From: Archaeoglobus sp. JdFR-37
Lineage (GTDB): Archaea; Halobacteriota; Archaeoglobi; Archaeoglobales; Archaeoglobaceae
Length of the DNA stretch: 64,000 nucleotides
Direction of reading: 5' to 3'
NCBI GenBank assembly: GCA_002010215.1
Contig: MTMY01000003.1
Location: 1 to 64,000, forward strand
Both the position numbers and the translations under genes were made by a program. How positions within the stretch are numbered: position 1 is the first letter of the stretch; every line of letters begins with the position of its first letter. A model generated the notes under the pieces. It searched no databases. It was not told the origin of the DNA and was given only the letters and a program-made list of their open reading frames with translations. Below are positions 21,376 through 31,162 of this stretch, piece by piece.

Positions 21376-21522
21376 ATGACATTGTCAACAAGGTGTCTCA
21401 ACTGCAGAAAGAGATTTGACGTTGAGAGGAGAGAAGAGGTGGCAACCTGCCCGCATTGTGGAAGTAAATGGAGGATTTCGTGGGTTGATGCTGACCAGCC
21501 TAAGGTTCAGGGGCCAGCATGA
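21376..21522 (+). CDS. Unannotated 48-aa zinc-ribbon protein
   Basis: MTLSTRCLNCRKRFDVERREEVATCPHCGSKWRISWVDADQPKVQGPA; GGTGA RBS; heads the AOR operon. Confidence 0.75.
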   Translation: MTLSTRCLNCRKRFDVERREEVATCPHCGSKWRISWVDADQPKVQGPA

Positions 21523-21574
21523 GGTCAACACATGATCATATGAGGTCTACATGAGAGTTATATGAGGTGAAAGA

Positions 21575-23476
21575 ATGGTGCTCAAAAGAAAAGTTGCTTT
21601 TGTGGATTTAAGCAAGCAGAAAAGCGTTATTCAGGAAATCCCTCTTGAATTGAGAAGAAAGTATCTGGGTGGGAGGGGGTTGAATTGGTACTACCTCTAC
21701 AACAACGTCCCTCCCCAAGTCAAACCCTTCGATGCCGAGAATATCCTAGCTGTTGGTGCTGGACTGCTTTCAGGCTTTCCCGCACTGGGTGCCGGCAGAG
21801 TTCAGATTTCCACAAAGAGCCCTATCACAAATGGTGTTGGAGATGCCAACATGGGCGGAGCCTTCGGGCCACAGCTAAAGTATGCAGGCTTTGACCATGT
21901 CATAATAAGGGGCAGGGCAGAAAAGCCTGTATACATCCTTCTGAAGGATGGTGAGGTTGAGATAAAAGATGCTGAACACCTCTGGGGCCTCAGCACCCAT
22001 GAAACCCAGAAAGTCATCAGAGAAGAGGTTGAAGATGATAGGGCCGAATCTATGGTCATAGGGAAGGCTGGGGAGAATAGAGTTGTTTATGCCAACGTTA
22101 TGAACGGAGTAAAGAACTCTGGTGGCAGAAGCGGTGTTGGAGCAGTTATGGGCTCCAAAAACCTGAAAGCCATTGCAGCAAGTGGAAGCGTTGATATCGA
22201 GCTTTTTGACCCCGATGCACTTCTGGATTACGCACTTGAAGTTGATCAGAGAGCCAGGTCAACGAAATGGGCAAAGACTCTTGGCAGACTCGGCACACCG
22301 CTCCTTTACGACGTTTCATACACCACCGGCTTTATAGGTACTCTCAACTGGCAGTTCAACACACCGGGAGAAGAAGGCAAGCCTCTAGAGGCGGAAAACC
22401 TAGAGAAGTACAGCGTGAAGATGGTGGCATGCATAGGCTGCAGCGTTCACTGCAGGCACCGCGTCAAGATAAAGAGCGGAAAGTATGCAGGAATTTTCAC
22501 AGAGGGGCCGGAATACGCTGCAAGCGGAGCTTTTGGTACAGGAGTTGGAGTTTACGACTGGGAGTTCGTCATCAAGGGCAATGAGATGTGCAACAAGTGG
22601 GGTGTGGACATAATCTCTATGGGAACCACCATTGCCTGGGCCTTTGAACTGTATCAGCGTGGGATTATTACAGAAAATGATACTGGTGGCCTGAAACTTG
22701 AGTGGGGAGATGAAGAGGCTGTTTTAGGTCTAGCAAAGATGATAGTCGAGAGGGAAAAAATAGGCAATATACTTGCTGATGGTATGCTCAAGGCTGCGGA
22801 ACACTTCGGCGAGGATTCAATTTACTACGCAAATCAGACGAAAGGGCATCCAAATCTGCTGACCGACGAAAGAGGTATCCCCAGCTTTGCCCTTGGCATC
22901 GCAACTTCAACGAGGGGTGCTGACCACCTCAGGAGTAGGCCCGGTATAGACCTTTTCCAGCTCCCCGAAGAAATTCTTGAAAGCATCTACGGCCACAAGA
23001 TAAAGAGCGACTTCACCGCTTACGAGACCAAGGGAATAATGGTGTGGTGGCATGAGCTTCTTTACAACATCGTGGACAGCCTAGGTATATGCAAGTTCCA
23101 GACCGTCTTCAATTCTGCAAACTCGCCCAAATTCGAGGACTACATCCCCATGATTAAATACGCCACAGGAATGGAGTTTACTAAAGAGGAGCTTATGGAA
23201 GTGGGAGAGAGAAACTACACTCTGGAGAGGCTGTTCAACGTCATGAACGGTTACAGCAGGAAAGACGACTACCCGCCAAGACGCTACTTTGAAGAGGCGA
23301 CGCCAAGAGGCCTGCCTTTTATGCGGGGTAGGAAGCTGGACAGGAAGAAATACGATGAAATGCTGGATGAATACTACAGGCAGCACGGTTGGGATTCCAA
23401 TGGAGTTCCCAAAGAGGTGACACTGCAAAAACTCGGCATAGGGAAACCAGAAAAGAACTTCCCGGAGGTGGAATGA
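21575..23476 (+). CDS. aor: Tungsten aldehyde:ferredoxin oxidoreductase family protein
   Basis: YLGGRG, KSP.T.G, GRSGVGAVMGSKNLKAI, CIGCSVHC, RGADH, DSLGICKF. Confidence 0.92.
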   Translation: MVLKRKVAFVDLSKQKSVIQEIPLELRRKYLGGRGLNWYYLYNNVPPQVKPFDAENILAVGAGLLSGFPALGAGRVQISTKSPITNGVGDANMGGAFGPQLKYAGFDHVIIRGRAEKPVYILLKDGEVEIKDAEHLWGLSTHETQKVIREEVEDDRAESMVIGKAGENRVVYANVMNGVKNSGGRSGVGAVMGSKNLKAIAASGSVDIELFDPDALLDYALEVDQRARSTKWAKTLGRLGTPLLYDVSYTTGFIGTLNWQFNTPGEEGKPLEAENLEKYSVKMVACIGCSVHCRHRVKIKSGKYAGIFTEGPEYAASGAFGTGVGVYDWEFVIKGNEMCNKWGVDIISMGTTIAWAFELYQRGIITENDTGGLKLEWGDEEAVLGLAKMIVEREKIGNILADGMLKAAEHFGEDSIYYANQTKGHPNLLTDERGIPSFALGIATSTRGADHLRSRPGIDLFQLPEEILESIYGHKIKSDFTAYETKGIMVWWHELLYNIVDSLGICKFQTVFNSANSPKFEDYIPMIKYATGMEFTKEELMEVGERNYTLERLFNVMNGYSRKDDYPPRRYFEEATPRGLPFMRGRKLDRKKYDEMLDEYYRQHGWDSNGVPKEVTLQKLGIGKPEKNFPEVE

Positions 23477-23970
23477 TGGGTGATGGAAGCGGCGAGAAAT
23501 TCCTGATGGTCTTTCCGGAGCTCTGCACGGGTTGCAGGGATTGCGAGATTGTCTGCACGATAAAACATGAGAAGGTTATCAATCCTGAGAGGGCAAGAAT
23601 AAGGGTGATTAGAGATGTGTTCGAGGGGCTTGAGTTGCCCGTTGTCTGCATGCAGTGCATCGATGCACCTTGCGTTGAAGCGTGCAGGGTGGATGCCATC
23701 TATGAAGATGAACGGGGAGCCAAGATCATAGACTACGAAAAGTGCATTGGATGCAGAAGATGCATAATAGCCTGCCCACTGGGGGCTGCTTTCCTAGATC
23801 CTGTCACCAAGAAGCCCGTCAAGTGTGACCTCTGCAATGGCGATCCTGTATGCGTCAAGTTCTGCTCTACTGGTGCTGTGAGGCATGTTGATGCCGAAAC
23901 GCTGAACAGAGAAAAGATGAAGCTCTCTTCTGAGAAATATATGGAAGTTATAAAGCAGGAGGAGAGATAG
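23473..23970 (+). CDS. 4x[4Fe-4S] electron-transfer subunit (AorA/CooF-like)
   Basis: CTGCRDCEIVC, CMQC..APC..AC, CIGCRRCIIACP, KCDLC..P.CVKFC. Confidence 0.9.
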   Translation: MMGDGSGEKFLMVFPELCTGCRDCEIVCTIKHEKVINPERARIRVIRDVFEGLELPVVCMQCIDAPCVEACRVDAIYEDERGAKIIDYEKCIGCRRCIIACPLGAAFLDPVTKKPVKCDLCNGDPVCVKFCSTGAVRHVDAETLNREKMKLSSEKYMEVIKQEER

Positions 23971-24041
23971 AGTATAGAACAATAGGTCCAGTTCACAACA
24001 AATTCAGAAACCATTAAAGCACTGGCAGATGGGGAGAGAGT

Positions 24042-25007
24042 ATGAAGATAAAGTTCATCGGACTGCTGGCCAGTAAAATAGGCAAAGAAGTGGAGATTGA
24101 ATTAAGCAAAGAGATTACCCTCACTGAATTAATAGAAGAACTTGTAAGACGATTTCCACAGGCAAAAGATGAGTTGTCTGACCCTCACTTCTACAACTTT
24201 TCCGTCAACGGAGTTCTCATCAAACACGATGACGTTCCAAAGACTCGTGTTAGTAACAACGACACAGTCGTGTTTATACCGGCCATAGCCGGCGGTTCAA
24301 AGTCGGTAAAGGTGAAGGGCGTCATAAAAAAGAATTTCGATGAAAGTTCAACCACCTACACAATGTTCGAGGAGAAGTATGGATTTTTCACATCCCTTGC
24401 CAAGGACATGGTAGAGTTTGCCAATTTTAAGAAGGGTTTCTGTCTGGATGTGGGCTGCGGAACCGGGATACTCAGGAATGTACTCCCCGATTCCGAAATC
24501 GTGGGACTTGATATATCAATTGGAATGCTGAAAGAAGCGAGAGATAAACTCGACCATGTACTGGCAGGGGATGCTGAACACCTTCCATTCAAAGATGATA
24601 GCTTTGATGCTGTCCTCTTCAACGCATCAATTTTCCTGATTCCCAACGCTGATCTTGCCCTCAAAGAGTCCCTCAGAGTTGTCAGGGATGGTGGAGTTGT
24701 GGCGGGCTCATATCTGGTTGGTTTCTACCATAACGGCAGGAATGCCTTAGAAACGATTGGGCTAAAACATAGAGAAGTGTTCCCATCCAAAAAGCTGGAT
24801 GAGCTCGTTGAGGAAATGGGGGGAGAAATTGAGCCATTCAGCTATTCTGGACATAGAGACGTGGCATTGGATTTCTACTCCGTCCCTGCCATGTCCAACG
24901 CCCTTTTTCCAGGCTTGAGCTACGAAGAGAGACTTAGGCTTGTCAGAGAGAAGCTATCAGAGCTGCCGGATGAAATAGAGTTCGTGTGGAAAATGTTCAG
25001 GATTTAA
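24042..25007 (+). CDS. MoaD/ThiS/SAMP ubiquitin-like domain fused in frame to a class I SAM methyltransferase
   Basis: aa1-85 beta-grasp ending PAIAGG; then LDVGCGTG, GLDIS..ML, GDAEHLPF..SFD. Confidence 0.8.
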   Translation: MKIKFIGLLASKIGKEVEIELSKEITLTELIEELVRRFPQAKDELSDPHFYNFSVNGVLIKHDDVPKTRVSNNDTVVFIPAIAGGSKSVKVKGVIKKNFDESSTTYTMFEEKYGFFTSLAKDMVEFANFKKGFCLDVGCGTGILRNVLPDSEIVGLDISIGMLKEARDKLDHVLAGDAEHLPFKDDSFDAVLFNASIFLIPNADLALKESLRVVRDGGVVAGSYLVGFYHNGRNALETIGLKHREVFPSKKLDELVEEMGGEIEPFSYSGHRDVALDFYSVPAMSNALFPGLSYEERLRLVREKLSELPDEIEFVWKMFRI

Positions 25008-25135
25008 CATTTAAATCTGACGAATTATTGAAATTGACCGGCTTTTCTTTTACAACTTCAACAGTAAGATATTTATAGTGCTTACTTTGTAATTTTCCAT
25101 AACTATCAATGATTGAAAAATATTGTGGAGGTGGG

Positions 25136-26434
25136 ATGTTGTACTGGAACCCTGCTGTTGAAAGGCTTTCTGCTGAGGAACTGAAGCAGCTTCAGGGGAA
25201 AAAGCTCAGACAAACCGTAGACTTCGCATATAATCATTCGCCCTTCTACAGAAAACTCTACGACCAAGCAGGAATTAAGCCGGATGATATAAAGAGCATT
25301 GAGGATGTAACAAAGCTCCCCTTCGTGAAGAAGCAGGATTTGAGAGACAATTATCCTTTCGGAATGTTTGCAGTTCCGCTGTCCCATATTGTAAGGCTGC
25401 ACGCCTCAAGTGGAACCACCGGAAAGCCAACTGTAACGGGTTACACTTTCGGCGACCTTGACCTATGGACTGAAAGTCTAGCAAGGGGAATGTATGCAGC
25501 TGGTGTGAGGAAAGAGGATGTTGTGCAGAACGCTTATGGCTACGGCCTATTCACCGGCGGTTTGGGTTTCCATTATGCTGCAGAGAGGCTTGGAGCTACA
25601 GTCGTTCCTGCCTCGTCTGGCAATACTCAGAGGCAAATAGAACTGATGATGGATTTAGGCTCGACGGTTATATGCTGCACACCGAGCTACATGGTGTATC
25701 TGGCCGAGTATGCTGCAAAGATGGGAATAGACATAGAAAAGGATACCAAGCTCAGGATTGGTTTCTTTGGAGCTGAACCATGGAGTGAGGAGACCAGAAA
25801 GAGGATTGAAGATAAAACAGGGCTGGATGCCATAAACGTTTACGGCACGTCTGAGATAAGTGGACCAGTTGTGTGTGAGTGTAGCGAAAAGACGGGCATA
25901 CACTTCTGGTCAGATATCTTCCTCATAGAGGTCATTGACCCCGACACGGGAGAGCAGCTTAGTGAAGGGGAGAAGGGAGAGCTTGTTGTGACAGTGCTTG
26001 GTAAAGAGGGGCTGCCAATGATCAGGTGGAGGACTGGAGATATAACCAGCATAATCGAAGAAAAGTGCAACTGTGGCAGATACCATCCGAGAATCGAAAG
26101 GATAATGGGCAGAGCAGATGATATGTTCATAGTTCGTGGCGTGAATGTATTCCCCAGTCAGGTTGAGTATGCACTGATGCAGGTTAATGAAGTGAGCGAA
26201 CATTATCAGATCATTCTTGAGAGGGATGAAGCTGGGCTTGACGACATGAGGATTCAGGTTGAGATAAAGCCCGAGTTCCACAATAAGATGGATGTAAATC
26301 AGCTCACAAAAAAGGTTGCCGACACTCTGAAGAGTTACCTCAACGTCACACCAAAGGTGGAGATAATGGAGCCTGAAAGTCTACCAAGGTTTGAAGGGAA
26401 GGCTAAGAGGGTGATTGACAGGAGGAAAGTTTGA
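25136..26434 (+). CDS. paaK: Phenylacetate-CoA ligase family
   Basis: HASSGTTGKP, YGYGLFTGGLG, GAEPWSE, YGTSE, GRADDM..RGVNVFPSQ, GKAKRVID. Confidence 0.92.
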   Translation: MLYWNPAVERLSAEELKQLQGKKLRQTVDFAYNHSPFYRKLYDQAGIKPDDIKSIEDVTKLPFVKKQDLRDNYPFGMFAVPLSHIVRLHASSGTTGKPTVTGYTFGDLDLWTESLARGMYAAGVRKEDVVQNAYGYGLFTGGLGFHYAAERLGATVVPASSGNTQRQIELMMDLGSTVICCTPSYMVYLAEYAAKMGIDIEKDTKLRIGFFGAEPWSEETRKRIEDKTGLDAINVYGTSEISGPVVCECSEKTGIHFWSDIFLIEVIDPDTGEQLSEGEKGELVVTVLGKEGLPMIRWRTGDITSIIEEKCNCGRYHPRIERIMGRADDMFIVRGVNVFPSQVEYALMQVNEVSEHYQIILERDEAGLDDMRIQVEIKPEFHNKMDVNQLTKKVADTLKSYLNVTPKVEIMEPESLPRFEGKAKRVIDRRKV

Positions 26435-26447
26435 AGGTCTGGTAAAG

Positions 26448-26978
26448 GTGAAGGCAGCACTGATAGTCATAGATTTGATAAAGGGTAATGAACCCTTCTT
26501 CAGAGAGGAGCACAGGAGAATCATACCAAAAGTGGCTAAAGTAATAAGGGGGTGCCGGGAAAGGGGCATTCCCATTATTTTTGCCAACGATAGCTACCTT
26601 GAAAACGACTGGATCTTCAATTTCATGAAGAAGCATGCAGTCAGAGGGACTGAAGAGGTCGAAGTCATTAACGAGCTCAAGCCGGAAGATGAGGATATTG
26701 TGGTGGAGAAAAGGAGATTCAGCGCCTTCTTCCGGACAGACCTTGACATAACGCTAAGGGAATTGGGTGTTGAAGTAGTGGCTCTTGCAGGGATAAATAC
26801 TCATGTATGCGTTCTTGCTACCGCCTTTGATGCAATAAGCAACGATTTCAGAGCCATTATTCTGAAGGATTGTTGTGCCTCTCATTCTAAAGAGCTGCAT
26901 GATTTTATAGTGGAGAAGTTTAAGGGTATGCCCGCCTTTGAGGTAATGGAGGGTAAGGAGTTTCTATCTAAGTTTTGA
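26448..26978 (+). CDS. Isochorismatase-family cysteine hydrolase
   Basis: ALIVID, KRRFSAFF.TDL, GINTHVCV. Confidence 0.88.
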   Translation: MKAALIVIDLIKGNEPFFREEHRRIIPKVAKVIRGCRERGIPIIFANDSYLENDWIFNFMKKHAVRGTEEVEVINELKPEDEDIVVEKRRFSAFFRTDLDITLRELGVEVVALAGINTHVCVLATAFDAISNDFRAIILKDCCASHSKELHDFIVEKFKGMPAFEVMEGKEFLSKF

Positions 26979-27192
26979 TTTTGAAAAAGATGTAAGTAAA
27001 GGTAAAGACTATGACTGAAAATACAGAAAATGAAAATAATAAAGATAAAACTACAAAAGACGGGAGAGTTGTAAAGAAATTGAAAGAAATTTCAGATAAA
27101 TTGGGTAATGAGGCTACTTGGGGGTTTGTTTGCAGGTCAAGATAGGTGCCAGATGTGATTAGTATTCCTCCTTGATTTCTAGAGCCAAGCTT

Positions 27193-27529
27193 TTAGAGTC
27201 CAAGAGCAATTCTGATCAGAACTATCAGACTAACAAATAGGTTTGCAATGACAAGGACTCCCAGAATCCCCAGACCCAGTTTGATGTAGAAGCTATTTTC
27301 CGAGATAGAATCAAGAATTGCCTGATTGCTGTTGAGGGACCTGTCAACACTCACTTTCCAATCTGGCTACTGTCTCGCCCAAGATGGCGGGTGTCGTCCT
27401 GGCGCTCTCTGCTATATCTTCCACAGCATCTCCTGCTGCCTCAGCTGCCTTACTGGCTTTATAGACTGTTTTACCAATGTTATACAGCCCACCTGTTAAA
27501 ATTCCAAAAACCCAGTCATCCCACGCCAT
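27193..27529 (-). pseudogene. Frameshifted small membrane protein gene
   Basis: MAWDDWVFG...ARLESEC* continues in a shifted frame as VDRSLNSNQAILDSISENSFYIKLGLGILGVLVIANLFVSLIVLIRIALGL*. Confidence 0.5.
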
Positions 27530-27805
27530 TTTCAACAGCTCCTTTTAGTCGGATTTCCGCTTCCAAAATTGTTTTTGCAAAATTATAAATCAATTTAGAA
27601 TACTTAAATTTTACTAAACATAATTCACTTCAATTAATTTAAAATTTGGTGAATTTTTTACGTGACAATTACCTCCAAATCCGAAGTTAAAGAGTAAAAA
27701 GATGAAATTAGAATCCAAATAGGATTTGAGATTAATTGCTTGAAGATTCACCTATGATGGTTCACAATCATAAAATCAAAAAAGTATGGAGAGGGGGATA
27801 GAAGA

Positions 27806-28975
27806 TTATCCGGCTACAAACTCCTCCATCCTGTCCATTGCTTCCTCAAGCTTCTCCATTGAAGTGGCATAGCTTATCCTGAAGAATCTCTCATTATTCT
27901 CACCGAAGGGCATCCCTGGAGTTAAAGCCACACCTTTTTCAAGTATCAACTTCTCAACAAACTCTGCAGCGTTTCCATTGTAGGCAGGGAAGAAGTAGAA
28001 GGCACCCTCAGGCTTAACAATGTCGAAGCCCATATCCTTCAGCCTAGTATAAACGTAGTCTCTCCTCCTCCTGAATTCCTCAACCATCTCTTTGGTAATC
28101 TCCCTGTCTTTACCTTCCACCATCACATCTGCAACAGCCTTCTGGGCAAAGGCTGGAGCACAAACACCATTGATCTGGTGTATTCTCAGCATTTTCTCTA
28201 GCAGCTCTTCGCTGCCAACCGCAAATCCAATCCTCCAGCCAGTCATTGCAAGGCTCTTGGAGAAGGCGTTTATCACAACAACATTCTCGAATCCAGCCAG
28301 AGTTCCAGGCTCTTTATCGTAATATATGGCATCATAAACCTCATCGCTGACAACAACTGCATTATAGTCTGCAGCGATTTCAGCAATTGCCTTCAATTCG
28401 CTGTCATCCATCACGATCCCCGTTGGGTTATTGGGATAATTTAGGAAGATCACGGATACATCCTTACTCATAACTTCATTCAGCATGTCTGCATCCACAA
28501 GAAAATCATTTTCATGGGTGTTGAGGTTGATAACACTCGCCTCACAGAGCTTCGCATATGTATAGTAAGCAAGGAAGGATGGGCTTGGGATTAGGACCTT
28601 GCTGCCCCTCTCGATGAAAGCCAAGCTTGCGTTTATCAGAGCCTCACATGCTCCTGCAGTAACCATTATGTTCTCCGGCCCGATGTTGCGGCCCCTCTCC
28701 TCATAGCGCTTTGCAATTTCTATGCGGAGCTCTTCTATACCAAAATTGGAGGTGTAATGGGTATACCCATTCTTCATAGCCTCACTGGCCTTCTCCACAA
28801 TAAGGGGATGAGTATCAAAGTCAGGCTCGCCAATTGAAAGATTGATAACATCCAGCCCTTTTTTCCTTGCAGTTTCAACAATTTCAAACATCCTCCTTAT
28901 TGTGCTGGTGGAGATTTCCGATATTCTTCCAGCCTCCTCAACTTTCACACTCTTCACCCCTCTTCTCCCACTCAC
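27806..28975 (-). CDS. Class I/II PLP aminotransferase (AspC-like)
   Basis: LSIGEPDF, NYPNNPTG, SDEVY, FSKSLAMTGWRIG, FRISYA; true start may be near 28948. Confidence 0.92.
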   Translation of the reverse strand: MSGRRGVKSVKVEEAGRISEISTSTIRRMFEIVETARKKGLDVINLSIGEPDFDTHPLIVEKASEAMKNGYTHYTSNFGIEELRIEIAKRYEERGRNIGPENIMVTAGACEALINASLAFIERGSKVLIPSPSFLAYYTYAKLCEASVINLNTHENDFLVDADMLNEVMSKDVSVIFLNYPNNPTGIVMDDSELKAIAEIAADYNAVVVSDEVYDAIYYDKEPGTLAGFENVVVINAFSKSLAMTGWRIGFAVGSEELLEKMLRIHQINGVCAPAFAQKAVADVMVEGKDREITKEMVEEFRRRRDYVYTRLKDMGFDIVKPEGAFYFFPAYNGNAAEFVEKLILEKGVALTPGMPFGENNERFFRISYATSMEKLEEAMDRMEEFVAG

Positions 28976-29308
28976 ATTGATACTGTGACACGCAGTAGCA
29001 AGATATTTAAAGTTGTTGCTGGTGAGGTTGAAGAAATACGATATTAAAAGGTTGCTTGATCATTTGAATCCCAGTTATAATGCAGTTATGATCCGGATGC
29101 ATCACTTAACACCCTATATCCTCCTTACAAGTTCTTCTACATATCTCATTACGTGCCCGTCAGTTCATATATGAAACCGCACCAATCAGCTAATAGAAGA
29201 GATCAGGCAGGGCTACAAAGATCTTTGTCGAAATAAAAAATGCATCGCTTTGCAATGGTGTGCACGAACTCCGTTCGGGGACTGTTGGAGGTAATTATGC
29301 TGACACTA

Positions 29309-29959
29309 TCAGGCATCGGGTCTCTGAACTTCTCTTTGTATCCTATTCCTCTTTTTGATGAGCTTCAAAGAAATTGTAATAATCACAAAAATAAACAAAA
29401 AGGCCAGAATTGCTGCCGCTATGGAAGAAGTGGTGGAAGAATACGTGACTGTTTCAGCACCATATCCGGTTTCCGGTAGATCTGGTAGATCTGGTAAAAA
29501 TCCACCTGCAGGTCTGGGGGCAGGAATGGGTGTAGGCGTTGGAGGCGGGGTTATAACTGGGGATTTGACTGCAGGAGTCACTGCAGGCACCGAAATGGGT
29601 GCTGGAGCAGGAGATGGAAGTTCCAGCAGAGGCTCTGAAACTCCAGACAGCCTGTAAGCGGATAAATATGCAATTATTGAGCCTGTAAATGCTATAACAG
29701 CCGATATTATGAGTTCAAGAATTTCTCTGCCCTTCTGGCTGAGTTTATAGTACACAAATCTGTTTCCGTTCTCAATCCTTCTGACAATTCCTTCAGCTTG
29801 AAGGATTACAAGATGTCTGAAGAGTGTGGCCTTGGACAGTCCAAGCTCCTTGGACAGCTCAGACAGCGTTTTATTTCTCTCTTTTAAGGCCTTTAGAATT
29901 TCAACTCTGGTCTGACTTAGAGCTTTCATTACTGTCATTTCTGCTGTCTCTTTCTCCAT
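29309..29959 (-). CDS. Membrane-anchored ArsR/wHTH regulator (wHTH-TM-Pro-rich-TM)
   Basis: TRVEILKAL..TLSELSKELGLSKATLFRHL..L; two hydrophobic segments around a Pro/Thr-rich linker. Confidence 0.75.
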   Translation of the reverse strand: MEKETAEMTVMKALSQTRVEILKALKERNKTLSELSKELGLSKATLFRHLVILQAEGIVRRIENGNRFVYYKLSQKGREILELIISAVIAFTGSIIAYLSAYRLSGVSEPLLELPSPAPAPISVPAVTPAVKSPVITPPPTPTPIPAPRPAGGFLPDLPDLPETGYGAETVTYSSTTSSIAAAILAFLFIFVIITISLKLIKKRNRIQREVQRPDA

Positions 29960-30200
29960 CTCTCCCCTTCACGAGCAGGTTGATGATATAGATGGCTAGT
30001 ATCAGCACGGCTAAGTTCAGCAGAGCTTTATAGACGGGGGCAAGCTTATAGCCTATCCAGAGGCGGATGACATCGTTGAGGGCTGAATACACTCCCCATG
30101 CTGAGAGAATGAGGAATACTACTGCTATTCCAAGAAATATTTTCTTGAGTATGTCTTCGAGGCTGTATTTTTCCGTCGTCTTCATCATCTTCTCCTCCAT
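29901..30200 (-). CDS. Small two-TM membrane protein
   Basis: Two hydrophobic helices; overlaps both neighbours. Confidence 0.7.
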   Translation of the reverse strand: MEEKMMKTTEKYSLEDILKKIFLGIAVVFLILSAWGVYSALNDVIRLWIGYKLAPVYKALLNLAVLILAIYIINLLVKGRDGERDSRNDSNESSKSDQS

Positions 30201-31162
30201 AAAATCGCACCTCCAATGGCCAGCATGGCCAGCAGAATCTCAAATCCGGGTGCTTTCGGCTGCACTTTAGCGTATTCAGGTGTAGGAGTCGGCGTTGGTA
30301 CAGGTAGAGGTGTTGGAGTGTACATTGGCATGGGTGTCTTCACAAACTGGCTCACTTCAAACTTGACCCTCTCCTCTGTCACGTTCTCTGGCACTCTTTT
30401 TGTCGGAGCGAGGTTCAGACCCTTACCCCACGTTTTAAGCAGAGCATCGTTCCTCCAGACCTCAAGCTTTACCAGATAGTTGTAGTCTTTGGGAACTGTC
30501 AGATTGCTCTCCACCAGAAGAGTTTTGCCTTTCTCAACGCTGACTTCCATCCACCTCTCATCCGCCAGCACATTGGACTCAAACTGGATGGCTTTGATGT
30601 GGAAGACCGCATCATCGTAATCCTCCATGGCCTCAACATAAAATCTGGCCCTAATGGTGGTTACATTGTCAAAGACATTTAGAATCTGGAAATCAACATC
30701 CTTTAACGTCATTTTAAGCTCTTTCTCCTTTGGCAGCAGTGTATCAAGACCTCTCAGACTCATCCATCTGGTATCGACTATTCTCTTATCCTTTTCCAGC
30801 CTGAATCCGATGTTGTACCTCTTGTTCTTTTCAAAGGAGATGGTGGTGTTCAGCTCTTCCAGACCCTCGCCACCCTTCTCTGGTATCTGAAGTTCCACCT
30901 TTCTTAGCAGCAGGTTAGTTCCCATGTCATACACGCTTACGGTCAGCGAGGCGTTGGTGACGGTTTTTGAGCGGTAAATGCTAATTAAGAATTTTATATT
31001 GGCATGACTCTCGTTAATCTTCTCGGCTTTGATCTCTATGTCTCCCATGCGGACGTATTCTCGTCTAGGAACTTCTTCTGCTGGAATTTTTACAAAGAAT
31101 GGGAGCAGAACAGCGATGGCAAATAGCAGAATAATGCTGATAGCAACAACTTTGGCATTCAT
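30185..31162 (-). CDS. PGF-CTERM (archaeosortase A substrate) surface protein
   Basis: Signal/TM N-terminus, two repeated beta-rich domains, PT linker, APGFE + TM + RRR. Confidence 0.85.
   Translation of the reverse strand: MNAKVVAISIILLFAIAVLLPFFVKIPAEEVPRREYVRMGDIEIKAEKINESHANIKFLISIYRSKTVTNASLTVSVYDMGTNLLLRKVELQIPEKGGEGLEELNTTISFEKNKRYNIGFRLEKDKRIVDTRWMSLRGLDTLLPKEKELKMTLKDVDFQILNVFDNVTTIRARFYVEAMEDYDDAVFHIKAIQFESNVLADERWMEVSVEKGKTLLVESNLTVPKDYNYLVKLEVWRNDALLKTWGKGLNLAPTKRVPENVTEERVKFEVSQFVKTPMPMYTPTPLPVPTPTPTPEYAKVQPKAPGFEILLAMLAIGGAILWRRR

Noticed and set aside
28980..29300. Possible small gene or remnant in the spacer
   Set aside because: Only short, stop-interrupted frames with no recognisable family.
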